Virus record (IMG/VR): IMGVR_UViG_3300037043_000022 | Length of the DNA: 44,958 nucleotides | Strand: one strand, 5' to 3' | From: an uncultured virus (IMG/VR IMGVR_UViG_3300037043_000022) | Lineage: Duplodnaviria; Heunggongvirae; Uroviricota; Caudoviricetes | Part shown: positions 16,989 through 26,116 of the stretch, piece after piece | Numbering within the stretch: the first letter of the stretch is position 1 | Layout: every line of letters begins with the position of its first letter | Translations under genes and position numbers: made by a program | The notes under the pieces: model-generated | Databases searched by the model: none | What the model was told of the DNA's origin: nothing | The model's input: only the letters and a program-made list of their open reading frames with translations

Positions 16989-17635
16989 ATGTTTTATGGA
17001 GAATTCGAGACTGATCAGGCCATCAGAAACATCTTTCCAGACATGAATTATAAAGGCACGTTCATTGAAGTAGGTGCGGGTAGACCTGATTTCATTTCTT
17101 TGTCTCGTCATTTTTTTGAATCGGGTTGGATTACCGTTGGAATAGAAGCAAATCCTGAATTCACCCAAATGCATCGCGCTGCTAATCGCAGAATAATCGA
17201 ATGTGCCGTTGCTGATTATAATGCTGATGACGTAAATTTTCAATATTTAGAGCAACCGATTGGGCTGGATATGCTGGTGGAGTAGTAACGATGGAAGCTG
17301 CTTCAGCTCTAAAACCATATATACATACTGAAGCTGATCTTAAAACTGGCATTTATAAATATAAAAAAGATATCAAGGTAAAAGTCAGAACACTTGATAA
17401 ATTGTTCGAAACGGACATGGCAGATATTAAGAGCATAGACGTAATGTCGGTTGATCTAGAAGGTGGTGAACTTGATGCTATAAAAGGATTCACTAAAAAA
17501 GAATTATATCCGAAGGTATTCGTGATTGAATGTCCATACGAAAACAGAAATGCCGCAGAAGCTGCCCAATTTAGTTCAATTGGATATAAATTAGTACACA
17601 AACAACAAATCAATCATTTCTATATGAAGGCTTGA
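16989..17635 (+). CDS. FkbM-family methyltransferase split by a -1 frameshift near 17240 (ORFs 16989..17285 and 17291..17635)
   Basis: FIEVGAG...GIEANP in the first frame; VRTLD...IDVMSVDLEGGELDAIKG...VIE in the -1 frame, which is open from about 17240. Confidence 0.75.
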
Positions 17636-17636
17636 T

Positions 17637-18575
17637 ATGAGTAATGCATTGATTATCAACGCAACAGAAAGTGCCTGTGGCGTTTATCAATTTGGTATTA
17701 ATCTTTATAATATTTTAAACTCGGCAAAAACTGAAAATGATTTTCATATTGCTTATTGTGCCACGGCACAAGAAGTGCAAACTGCTGTTAATAACACAAA
17801 TCCAAAAACAATAATCTTTAATTATCATCCACATACTCAACCATATGTAAGTTGGCCATTCATACAAAGTTTACGACGACCATGTATTGGAATATATCAC
17901 GAGATAACCCAAGATGCTGCAAACAACTTACGGTCCGCTCATCCTTTTCATCATTGGATCTGCAGCGACCCAACTTTGATCATTAATCAACACATTTCTA
18001 AAATTGGTAGACCAATATATACGCAATATGCCAATAATTACCCATTGCCATGGATACCAACTATTGGCAGTTTCGGATTTGGATTTTCAAATAAGGGTTT
18101 TTCTCGTCTTGCTTCGTTAGTTCAAGATCAATTCGATAAAGCGATCATCAGAGTTCATATTGCTTTTAGCAAATATTTCGATCCATCAGGTGCAGAAGCA
18201 CGAGCGAGAGTGCAAGAAATGCGCAATATAATTAAAAAACCTGGGATAGAAATAATTGCTTCGCATGATTTGTTGTCTACGGCGGAACTTCTTGATTTTC
18301 TAGCAAAAAACACCATGAATGCTTTTCTTTATGACAACATGCATCGTGGAATATCGAGCACCATAGACTATGCATTAGCCGTAAATCGACCAATCGCCAT
18401 TAATAGAACACATATGTTCAGACACATTTACAATGCAAGACCATCGATTTTAATTGAAGAAACTAGTTTGCCTACCATCATAGAAAACTCAATTTTACCA
18501 TTAGTTCCATTTAAACAAGAATGGTCGCCACAGAATTTGGTGGGAAGTTTAAATGCCATAGTTGCTAGGTTTTAA
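17637..18575 (+). CDS. GT-B-like glycosyltransferase-related protein
   Basis: CGVYQFG, IGSFGFGFSNKGF, GISSTIDYALAVNRPI; glycan-cluster context. Confidence 0.55.
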   Translation: MSNALIINATESACGVYQFGINLYNILNSAKTENDFHIAYCATAQEVQTAVNNTNPKTIIFNYHPHTQPYVSWPFIQSLRRPCIGIYHEITQDAANNLRSAHPFHHWICSDPTLIINQHISKIGRPIYTQYANNYPLPWIPTIGSFGFGFSNKGFSRLASLVQDQFDKAIIRVHIAFSKYFDPSGAEARARVQEMRNIIKKPGIEIIASHDLLSTAELLDFLAKNTMNAFLYDNMHRGISSTIDYALAVNRPIAINRTHMFRHIYNARPSILIEETSLPTIIENSILPLVPFKQEWSPQNLVGSLNAIVARF

Positions 18576-19209
18576 TGAATTCAAGCATTCCAAACGTATA
18601 ATTATGATTACATGGTGACCAATAACCCGGCTTAATTGTACCGTCTTGAATCGTCCAATCAATTGGGCCATTAAGATTTAGATCAACACTGCTTCCCACT
18701 TGTATCATTTCCTCAACCTCACTTCTAGAGAAGATATGCCACGGCAACCCAAAAACAAGCACTCCATCAGTGTCTAATTTTGGATTCCAATAATCAAATG
18801 ACATAAATAAATGACCACCACTTTTTAACAACCTTGAACTCTCCACGAAGAATTTATTTATGTCGACCCCATGTTCAATCACAGACAAGCAAGTAATATA
18901 ATTGAAATATTCGGAAGGTAAATCATTGTTTGTGATATCACCAACTAAATGCCTGATTCCATTTGGTGCCGGTATCTGAATTAAGTCTATGCCGACCTTA
19001 TCACCGTGCAAACCCATTTTGAGACAATTATTTAAAACAACCGACCCCTGGCACCCCACATCCAAAATGTTGCCATGTCCTAGGCGAGGAAGAATCAACG
19101 TCAAATCCCAATTCTTAGGTTCACATACTTCATTCCGCAGAAATTTGCCATTAATCAAAAATTTAGTACTGTCCGTTATTTCCTGTTGATTGCGTAGAAA
19201 TTGATTCAT
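18565..19209 (-). CDS. Class I SAM-dependent methyltransferase
   Basis: ILDVGC, ITCLSVIEHG, SRLLKSGGHL. Confidence 0.85.
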   Translation of the reverse strand: MNQFLRNQQEITDSTKFLINGKFLRNEVCEPKNWDLTLILPRLGHGNILDVGCQGSVVLNNCLKMGLHGDKVGIDLIQIPAPNGIRHLVGDITNNDLPSEYFNYITCLSVIEHGVDINKFFVESSRLLKSGGHLFMSFDYWNPKLDTDGVLVFGLPWHIFSRSEVEEMIQVGSSVDLNLNGPIDWTIQDGTIKPGYWSPCNHNYTFGMLEFIKT

Positions 19210-19267
19210 TTAATTCTCCTTTATTTTATGTATGCTCCGTAAATATATAAAATAAAGGAGAATCCAA

Positions 19268-20479
19268 ATGCATTGTGCTGCGACCAAATGTAGAATTTGT
19301 TCTAATGCTAATTTCATACCAATTTTGGATTTAGGACAACAATATGTGGCGAATGCTTTTCATCATGGAGACGATGCACCAACCATGACTGCCCCACTGA
19401 CATTAATGAGATGTAATGATTGTAATTTAGTTCAATTATCACATTCGGTTAATAGAGATTTAATGTATAAATCATATTGGTATAAATCTGGAATCAACAA
19501 CACGATGCGGGTCCATTTAAAGGGGATCGTAGATGATGTTTTGGAACACATCGAACTCAATACCGGCGATAAAGTGTTAGATATTGGTTGCAATGATTGT
19601 ACTCTCTTATCAAATTATGGGGAAAATATCTTCACAGTTGGTATTGACCCGTCAAACATTACACCTTCTGGAATTGACAAGCATATCAATGATTATTTTA
19701 CAGCAGAAAATGTCAATGACAAATTTAAGATAATCACCTCAATAGCTATGTTTTATGATCTAGATAACCCAAAGAAATTCGTACAAGACATCAAAGATTG
19801 CTTATTAGACGATGGTATCTGGGTCTTAGAACTCAGTTATATGCCATCTATGTTGGACAAAGTCTCGTATGATACCATATGTCATGAACATGTCACATTC
19901 TATTGCTTAGAAACTTTCAACAAAGTGCTTGAAGATAGTGGCTTAGAAGTGTTTGACGTTAAATTTAATGATATGAATGGTGGATCATTCAGATTATTTG
20001 TATCAAAATCTGGAAAGAGAACCATTTCCGCAAACGTATCTAACATAAAAGAAAAAGAAATGCATAATTATGATCATGATGAACCGTATAATGAATTTGC
20101 ACGATTAGTAAAAAAATCAAGAGAAGATCTATTAGATTTCTTTGAACGTACAAGAGGAAAGAAAATTTATGGATATGGTGCATCAACAAAAGGACAAATT
20201 ATCCTACAATATTGTCAACTTAAACAAAATGATATAATCGCAATTGCTGAGCGTAACCCTAAAAAATACGGTCTTTACACACCTGGTACAAACATCCGAA
20301 TTTGTCCAGAAGAAGAGATGCGCAATGACAAACCAGATTTCGTGCTGGTATTTCCGTGGTATTTCATGGATGAATTTCTAAAGAGGGAGAAACAATTGCT
20401 TTCGTATGGTTGGCGCAATTTGTTCAAAAAACGAAATTGTAATTTCGTCCAACCACTCCCGAAGTTTAAAATTTTATGA
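19268..20479 (+). CDS. NDP-hexose C-methyltransferase-like protein (Zn-binding + SAM + C-terminal domain)
   Basis: CRIC/CNDC, VLDIGCNDCTLL, YDTICHEH, NGGSFR, GYGASTKG, VFPWYF. Confidence 0.88.
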   Translation: MHCAATKCRICSNANFIPILDLGQQYVANAFHHGDDAPTMTAPLTLMRCNDCNLVQLSHSVNRDLMYKSYWYKSGINNTMRVHLKGIVDDVLEHIELNTGDKVLDIGCNDCTLLSNYGENIFTVGIDPSNITPSGIDKHINDYFTAENVNDKFKIITSIAMFYDLDNPKKFVQDIKDCLLDDGIWVLELSYMPSMLDKVSYDTICHEHVTFYCLETFNKVLEDSGLEVFDVKFNDMNGGSFRLFVSKSGKRTISANVSNIKEKEMHNYDHDEPYNEFARLVKKSREDLLDFFERTRGKKIYGYGASTKGQIILQYCQLKQNDIIAIAERNPKKYGLYTPGTNIRICPEEEMRNDKPDFVLVFPWYFMDEFLKREKQLLSYGWRNLFKKRNCNFVQPLPKFKIL

Positions 20480-21327
20480 GAATCATGATTTTCGGGTCGA
20501 ATGGTCAAGATGGCCGATTAATGTCAAAATTATATGACAACGTCATTGGGTTGTCACACAAAGATTGTGATGTCAGTGATTATAATAGAATATCACATGT
20601 CATTAATGACATAAAACCAGACATTATTTATAACTTTGCTGCTAGGTCGAGTACCAAACATTCAGTAACTTTCGAAAATCATACTACCATTACTACTGGA
20701 ACGCTCAATATTTTAGAAGCCATTAAAACATATTCGCCGAAAACCAAAGTGTTTATAACCGGAAGTGGTTTACAATTCAGAAGCGAAAATAAACCAATAC
20801 ATGAATCTAATCCCTTCGAAGCCAATAATTCATATTCGGCAGCCAGAATCTATTCAACATATTTGGCAAGATATTATCGAACGATTGGTATAAAAACATA
20901 TGTTGGTTACCTGTTTCATCATGAAAGTCAACATAGACAACCAACGAGTATTAGTAAAATAATATTGAATGCCGCTAGACGAATCTCCGAAGGACATAAA
21001 GAAGTCTTAGAAATTGGTGATCTGGATGTTTTTAAAGAATGGACATATGCCGGTGACGTAGTAAATGGCATAAAAACGTTAGTAGAACAAGACAAAATAA
21101 CCGAAGCAGTAATTGGGTCTGGTGATGGATATACAATAAAAGATTGGGCCGAACTCTGTTTCTCATATTATGGTCTCAATTACTTAGATCACATCACAAC
21201 TAAATCATCGTTTAAATCGGAATACTCTTACCTCATTTCTGACCCAAGAACAATGCGCAGCATTGGGTGGAGACCGATGATCGATTTACGTAGGTTGTTG
21301 GAGATTATGGCTACCTCGGCGTCCTAG
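20476..21327 (+). CDS. GDP-mannose 4,6-dehydratase-like NAD-dependent epimerase/dehydratase
   Basis: GSNGQDG, PDIIYNFAA, LFHHES, EWTYAGDVVNG. The YxxxK motif appears as YSAAR. Confidence 0.8.
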   Translation: MRIMIFGSNGQDGRLMSKLYDNVIGLSHKDCDVSDYNRISHVINDIKPDIIYNFAARSSTKHSVTFENHTTITTGTLNILEAIKTYSPKTKVFITGSGLQFRSENKPIHESNPFEANNSYSAARIYSTYLARYYRTIGIKTYVGYLFHHESQHRQPTSISKIILNAARRISEGHKEVLEIGDLDVFKEWTYAGDVVNGIKTLVEQDKITEAVIGSGDGYTIKDWAELCFSYYGLNYLDHITTKSSFKSEYSYLISDPRTMRSIGWRPMIDLRRLLEIMATSAS

Positions 21328-21928
21328 ATAATTGCTGGAAATGATACGCAAATGATCTAACTTTATAAATCTTAGCGCCGCCGTGTACGCACGCAGCGAA
21401 AAATGTTTGATCATTACTATGTGGGAATGGATATACACATGGAAACTTACCCATCCGAATGAAAAATGATTTTAACAACATTGATGGCATATGATGCCCC
21501 ATCTTCTCTTCTATTTCTGGGACTTGTGGCATAACCGTTTTAACCCAATCACAAAATGTTTTGTATTGAAAGTCAGATGGCCTAATGCCCCAGTCTTGTT
21601 TTATGTTATGAGCGGATACACCAATGATTCCTGGTTCGACTAAAAATTGTGTCAGAATTCTATTGTCTCCAGCATATTTCAAAAAATATGAATCCCAATT
21701 TGGTCCAAATATGACGTCGGAATTTGAGAATACAATGTTCTCAAATTTCGCCTGTGGCACGTATTCATTCCACAACGCATATGGATCACGACCTGTGCAA
21801 CCGGGTGGATCAGTGATGATCATGAGTTCGTATTCACACCCAGTGTTGTCTTTTATTGATTTCTTTGCCAATTCAAGAGATTCATCATTCTGCGGCGTTG
21901 ATTTATGTGGTATGATTATGGAAAGCAT
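21311..21928 (-). CDS. Glycosyltransferase family 2-like
   Basis: LSIIIPH, FSNSDVIFGPNWD, AYHFQ. Confidence 0.75.
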   Translation of the reverse strand: MLSIIIPHKSTPQNDESLELAKKSIKDNTGCEYELMIITDPPGCTGRDPYALWNEYVPQAKFENIVFSNSDVIFGPNWDSYFLKYAGDNRILTQFLVEPGIIGVSAHNIKQDWGIRPSDFQYKTFCDWVKTVMPQVPEIEEKMGHHMPSMLLKSFFIRMGKFPCVYPFPHSNDQTFFAACVHGGAKIYKVRSFAYHFQQLSRTPR

Positions 21929-21936
21929 GTCATCTC

Positions 21937-23133
21937 CTATTCTTCCTTATCTTTATATTTATCACTCAATACCACAAAAACCCTCGGTGATGGCGAACTA
22001 TCAACGACATTAATCGTTTTCCAATATAACTTTAATATATTGACAAACGTTTCAAGTGAATAATTTTTAGGAAATGGCCATCCAGCAACATATTCGTCCT
22101 CTTTTGGTATAAATTCTACAATCAATTTGTGACGTATGTAAGAACTCAATCTCTTTGCTATTTCTTCTAGAGACCACCCAGCACGAGCTAAATGATGCAC
22201 AATAGCTAATGCTATACCAGAATCACATTTAAGACGCCTGAAAGATGATCGGATTAAATATGATTGCGTCGCATAATATTTTCCCCAGTGTCCCTCGCCA
22301 TAATTCGATTTTATGTTATGATTCAATGTCAGAATGTTTAAATTATTAGTTTTAGCCGACACATATAATTCATTACATGAATTTGTCTCAACATCAGTCG
22401 CAACAACTATTTTACCAGCTTTAGCAGCAATTTTTGAATATAATCCACGATTACTACCTATGTCAATTAACGTATGACCAGGCAATTCTTGTAACAACTG
22501 ATTTACAATGGCATCTTTAGGACGCACGAGTTCGTCTGGTTGTGGGTATTGTGACCACCCATGGTCGGCACATTTAAATCTAATTGATTTGAGTTTATCC
22601 AACATTTCATCATAATCTAACGTCCACACTTCTTTTTCAAATTCTAATTCTGTAAACGATATTAGAGTTCTTAAGAAAAAATCCTTAAATTGATCCCACC
22701 AAACAATATTCTTTTTATAATTACCACCAATTATTGAACCAATATCAATAAAAATTGGTTTGCCATGCATAAATTGTATATTAAAACTATGACCATCCTT
22801 AATCATTAGATTATGTTTCGATAGTTTGTGTTGTAACTCAATAAACAATATGGCCGCATCACGAATTGCTTCTGGCGGCCATTCACTAATAAGCGAAATA
22901 AATGGCACATATGGATGTTCGACTACAGAATCAGCGACGAATTTTGTTTTAATTATGCCATCTAAATTCTGTATAATTTCTATGATTCCAATCATAGATT
23001 TTTTATGTTGATCAGATATTTTTCTATAAACTTTTGTTTCATAATAAATATATCCACACGGATCAACGGAGCCATAGGCAAATTCTAGATTATAAAAACG
23101 ACCATCATTAGCGTATATCATCGTTTTTACCAA
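21937..23133 (-). CDS. NoeA-like protein (kinase-like N-terminus + SAM methyltransferase)
   Basis: IKDGHSFNIQF...PIFIDIGS; LIDIGSNRGLYS, LAIVHHL, LIVEFIPKED. Confidence 0.75.
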   Translation of the reverse strand: MVKTMIYANDGRFYNLEFAYGSVDPCGYIYYETKVYRKISDQHKKSMIGIIEIIQNLDGIIKTKFVADSVVEHPYVPFISLISEWPPEAIRDAAILFIELQHKLSKHNLMIKDGHSFNIQFMHGKPIFIDIGSIIGGNYKKNIVWWDQFKDFFLRTLISFTELEFEKEVWTLDYDEMLDKLKSIRFKCADHGWSQYPQPDELVRPKDAIVNQLLQELPGHTLIDIGSNRGLYSKIAAKAGKIVVATDVETNSCNELYVSAKTNNLNILTLNHNIKSNYGEGHWGKYYATQSYLIRSSFRRLKCDSGIALAIVHHLARAGWSLEEIAKRLSSYIRHKLIVEFIPKEDEYVAGWPFPKNYSLETFVNILKLYWKTINVVDSSPSPRVFVVLSDKYKDKEE

Positions 23134-24205
23134 ATATCGAATCGATGATCGTAATTAGTTTCTCCGGTGCGTAAACAAAGATTTTTGGCATCAATCCTTT
23201 CATTTCATAGATTACTTTGTCCTCAACGACGCACAACTCACCGGCTCTGAACATGCCTTTTGACACGATCAACTTATTGCCGCGTCTTTCAACGACGAAA
23301 TCTCTCAACTTCAATTCATTCATCAATTCTTCCAATACCGGTTCTGGACCAACTTCTCGGAATTCTTCGATGAAATCTACGACCATACCCACGTCGGTTT
23401 TGATGGACATGTATTTGTCGTTTTTGGATTCGAAGATGCCGGTTTTTCCGGTCGCCGTGTGTACCCATTCATTCCGTGCTGGGTTGCTGCCGTCGGCCTC
23501 TCGCGTACGCAGTTTGTGATCCATGCCACGATTGTAATTGTCGTTGTATGATTCTGCCTCTATCTTCGGTTGACCAGCCATAACGTCGGCTATGCCACCG
23601 GTTGAAACTTCCTCAGTCTTTGCTTCAGATTCTTTCCAATCCATGATCTTCCATTCATCCTCTTGTGACAGCGTACCAGTGACTGGGAATTGCACTTTAA
23701 AATCAGCCACTCTCGTCTTGCCATCCTTCCGACATTCCACTGAGCCATCCTTTTTAATGACTAATTCACCATCTTCAGCAGTGAAGATTACCTCCTCACC
23801 ATTTGATTTCGTCTGATTAAATGCGAATACGTCCTCAAAATAAGCTTCCATCAATGCGCATTCACACATAGTCGTCGTACCCATATGATTGATCGATGCA
23901 CCTCGCGCAGCAAAACCATCTAAAACGACCAAATATTTGGCATCATCTCGTTCCACTGCCCCATACCATTCTTCACCAATCATGCCATCGTTCTTTTCCC
24001 AACCACTGATTAAATGATATTTAAGATCAGGGTTGAAATTTTCAAGACCTAACCGTTTCTTAACAGTGGCCATTTTACATTTGTACTTGCGACTCCCCGG
24101 CAATTTATCACAGGATTCAGCCTCCTTCCAATATCGTTCAGCATCAGACGGCGATTTCTTGGCTTTTTTGGCTAACGATTTAAGTGCTGGCAGTGGCATG
24201 TGCAT
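23108..24205 (-). CDS. Hypothetical protein, possibly structural
   Basis: 365-aa ORF with AGGAG SD; basic N-terminal module. Confidence 0.65.
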   Translation of the reverse strand: MHMPLPALKSLAKKAKKSPSDAERYWKEAESCDKLPGSRKYKCKMATVKKRLGLENFNPDLKYHLISGWEKNDGMIGEEWYGAVERDDAKYLVVLDGFAARGASINHMGTTTMCECALMEAYFEDVFAFNQTKSNGEEVIFTAEDGELVIKKDGSVECRKDGKTRVADFKVQFPVTGTLSQEDEWKIMDWKESEAKTEEVSTGGIADVMAGQPKIEAESYNDNYNRGMDHKLRTREADGSNPARNEWVHTATGKTGIFESKNDKYMSIKTDVGMVVDFIEEFREVGPEPVLEELMNELKLRDFVVERRGNKLIVSKGMFRAGELCVVEDKVIYEMKGLMPKIFVYAPEKLITIIDSIFGKNDDIR

Positions 24206-24258
24206 TCTCCTAAGATGGTAAAATCAATCCTATTAATATGTTTTCTTAAACGGCTATT

Positions 24259-25491
24259 TTAAGTGGTTTGTTTTAATCCCTCCGAAACAGATATATGGCT
24301 CACGATACCAAAGAAATTTACCCATTCCAATGGTATCTCACTATCATGACATATGTGTACTTTCCTCTTTCGTCTACCGAAATCATTAATTGTGGTAGTC
24401 AACCTATGAATGTCACTTTGGTCTCTTTTAGTCGTATCGAGACCAAAAACATATGCATCTGAAAATTTCATTTGCTTTAATAGATTGAATGCTTGCAATG
24501 GTTCGTCGAATTTTAAAACTACAGTGCCATCATAAAATTGCACATTTAAATCATTAAAAATTAATACGACGTCGTCACTCAATCTTGGTGTTTTTCGAGC
24601 ATCTGGTTTAGGGTCAAGCATGTCTATTTGGTTTTGATGTTTATGTCTGAAGACATTTAGATGATTTGGAACTGATGGTGGCGTCGGACCGTTGAATAGA
24701 AATTTGAGATATACAAATAAAGGATCAAGAACGTTATTCCTACTCAACATTTCAACTCTGCCTGGATTTCCAAAATCACAATATAATGCACGCTGTATGT
24801 CCCCAGTCTGCGTAGCCATGTTTATCTTATGATCAATCACTATAGGTAGATTGTTTATAAATGACCATTTACCATACCATATGTCATACTCCAGCGGCAT
24901 TATCTTTTCATATTCACCCGATGAACACGCAATTACGTTAAATACGTCTTGCTCAAATTCAGGCCACCGCATTGAATCATCACAAAAGATGATTTCATGA
25001 CATTGATCACACCATTTTTTAAGCATTGCCTCATGTTTATTGACGTCAAGCGCCATAATGGCGATTGACACATATTTGTTGTTGAAGAAATCTTCCATGA
25101 ACCCATATCTGCGATGGTCAGGACCATAGAATGCACCATCTCCTTCTTTAATCCCAACGATCGATCCGTCTTTGACGCATTCAAACAGATCATTAAAATT
25201 AGTCAATGGCATTACGTTACATTCTAAACATATCACGTGGTCGAATTGTTTATTCGACATGATATAAGATTTACATTCACGTTGCCATCTCTTGTTCAAT
25301 TTTATCGTCGCCGGAATTTCTGAAACGGTCACTGACAATTCATTCGTCAAAAACGAACATTGATCTTTTCTCAATCCTAAATCATATACGCAGATCGGTT
25401 CAGCATGACTATAATGACGCAATGCATTTATTGAAACGATTAAATTGATGAAATCGCCGCTATTGCAACCATAAACGAATCCCTTAGTCAT
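24259..25491 (-). CDS. GT-A/GT8-like protein with degenerate DxD motif
   Basis: ICVYDLGL, CKSYIM, CLECNV (at the DxD position), EQDVFN. Confidence 0.55.
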   Translation of the reverse strand: MTKGFVYGCNSGDFINLIVSINALRHYSHAEPICVYDLGLRKDQCSFLTNELSVTVSEIPATIKLNKRWQRECKSYIMSNKQFDHVICLECNVMPLTNFNDLFECVKDGSIVGIKEGDGAFYGPDHRRYGFMEDFFNNKYVSIAIMALDVNKHEAMLKKWCDQCHEIIFCDDSMRWPEFEQDVFNVIACSSGEYEKIMPLEYDIWYGKWSFINNLPIVIDHKINMATQTGDIQRALYCDFGNPGRVEMLSRNNVLDPLFVYLKFLFNGPTPPSVPNHLNVFRHKHQNQIDMLDPKPDARKTPRLSDDVVLIFNDLNVQFYDGTVVLKFDEPLQAFNLLKQMKFSDAYVFGLDTTKRDQSDIHRLTTTINDFGRRKRKVHICHDSEIPLEWVNFFGIVSHISVSEGLKQTT

Positions 25492-26108
25492 AGATCACCT
25501 CTATGTCCATCTGGAAGATTGTTCGCCCTACGATATTGAAATATTTCACGATCCTCCACATTGATTTTTTCTACCGTCTTCCTATATTGTTCAAAGAAAT
25601 ATTCTATATACACCCTATCTTCAATTATGATCCAATCAACCCCAATTTTATTTCTAGTAAACGTCAACGCCCTTTTTTTTAATTCTTCTTTGTTTCTACC
25701 AATGATGATTAAACGACAAGGAAACGTCAACGTATGCGGTCGGTATGATCTGAACACTTTATGTTTATTGACTGCCATTTCTTCTTCTGGATTTAAATCA
25801 ATAATCTTTTCCGGCGGCGTAAGTTTCTTTTTGAAACAATTCGGTTTGGGTATGGAATTTACCAATCGTGGCGGTCGATCCTCTAAATATGGGAATTCCG
25901 ACCTTACCAAATTTTCAAATTTTTCAATCATATTTCGTTCGCGAATCGCAACCAATATTTGCATCATTTTATCTTTGTTGGCTTTACAACTGTTTCCCTT
26001 GATCGTTTTCATTAAGTCGTCATAAAGATCTTTAGCATGTTCTCTAAGCCACGTCTGCCACCGTACGTTCCTGGACGTTGCACAAAATAAACTCGTTTTT
26101 ATTTTCAT
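25488..26108 (-). CDS. Hypothetical protein
   Basis: 206-aa ORF collinear with and overlapping its neighbours. Confidence 0.6.
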   Translation of the reverse strand: MKIKTSLFCATSRNVRWQTWLREHAKDLYDDLMKTIKGNSCKANKDKMMQILVAIRERNMIEKFENLVRSEFPYLEDRPPRLVNSIPKPNCFKKKLTPPEKIIDLNPEEEMAVNKHKVFRSYRPHTLTFPCRLIIIGRNKEELKKRALTFTRNKIGVDWIIIEDRVYIEYFFEQYRKTVEKINVEDREIFQYRRANNLPDGHRGDL

Positions 26109-26116
26109 GTCATTAT

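Noticed and set aside
17283..17290. Stop-codon reassignment (TAG read-through) explaining the split FkbM gene
   Set aside because: The halves are in different frames, TAG is followed by TAA, and long genes elsewhere are intact under the standard code.
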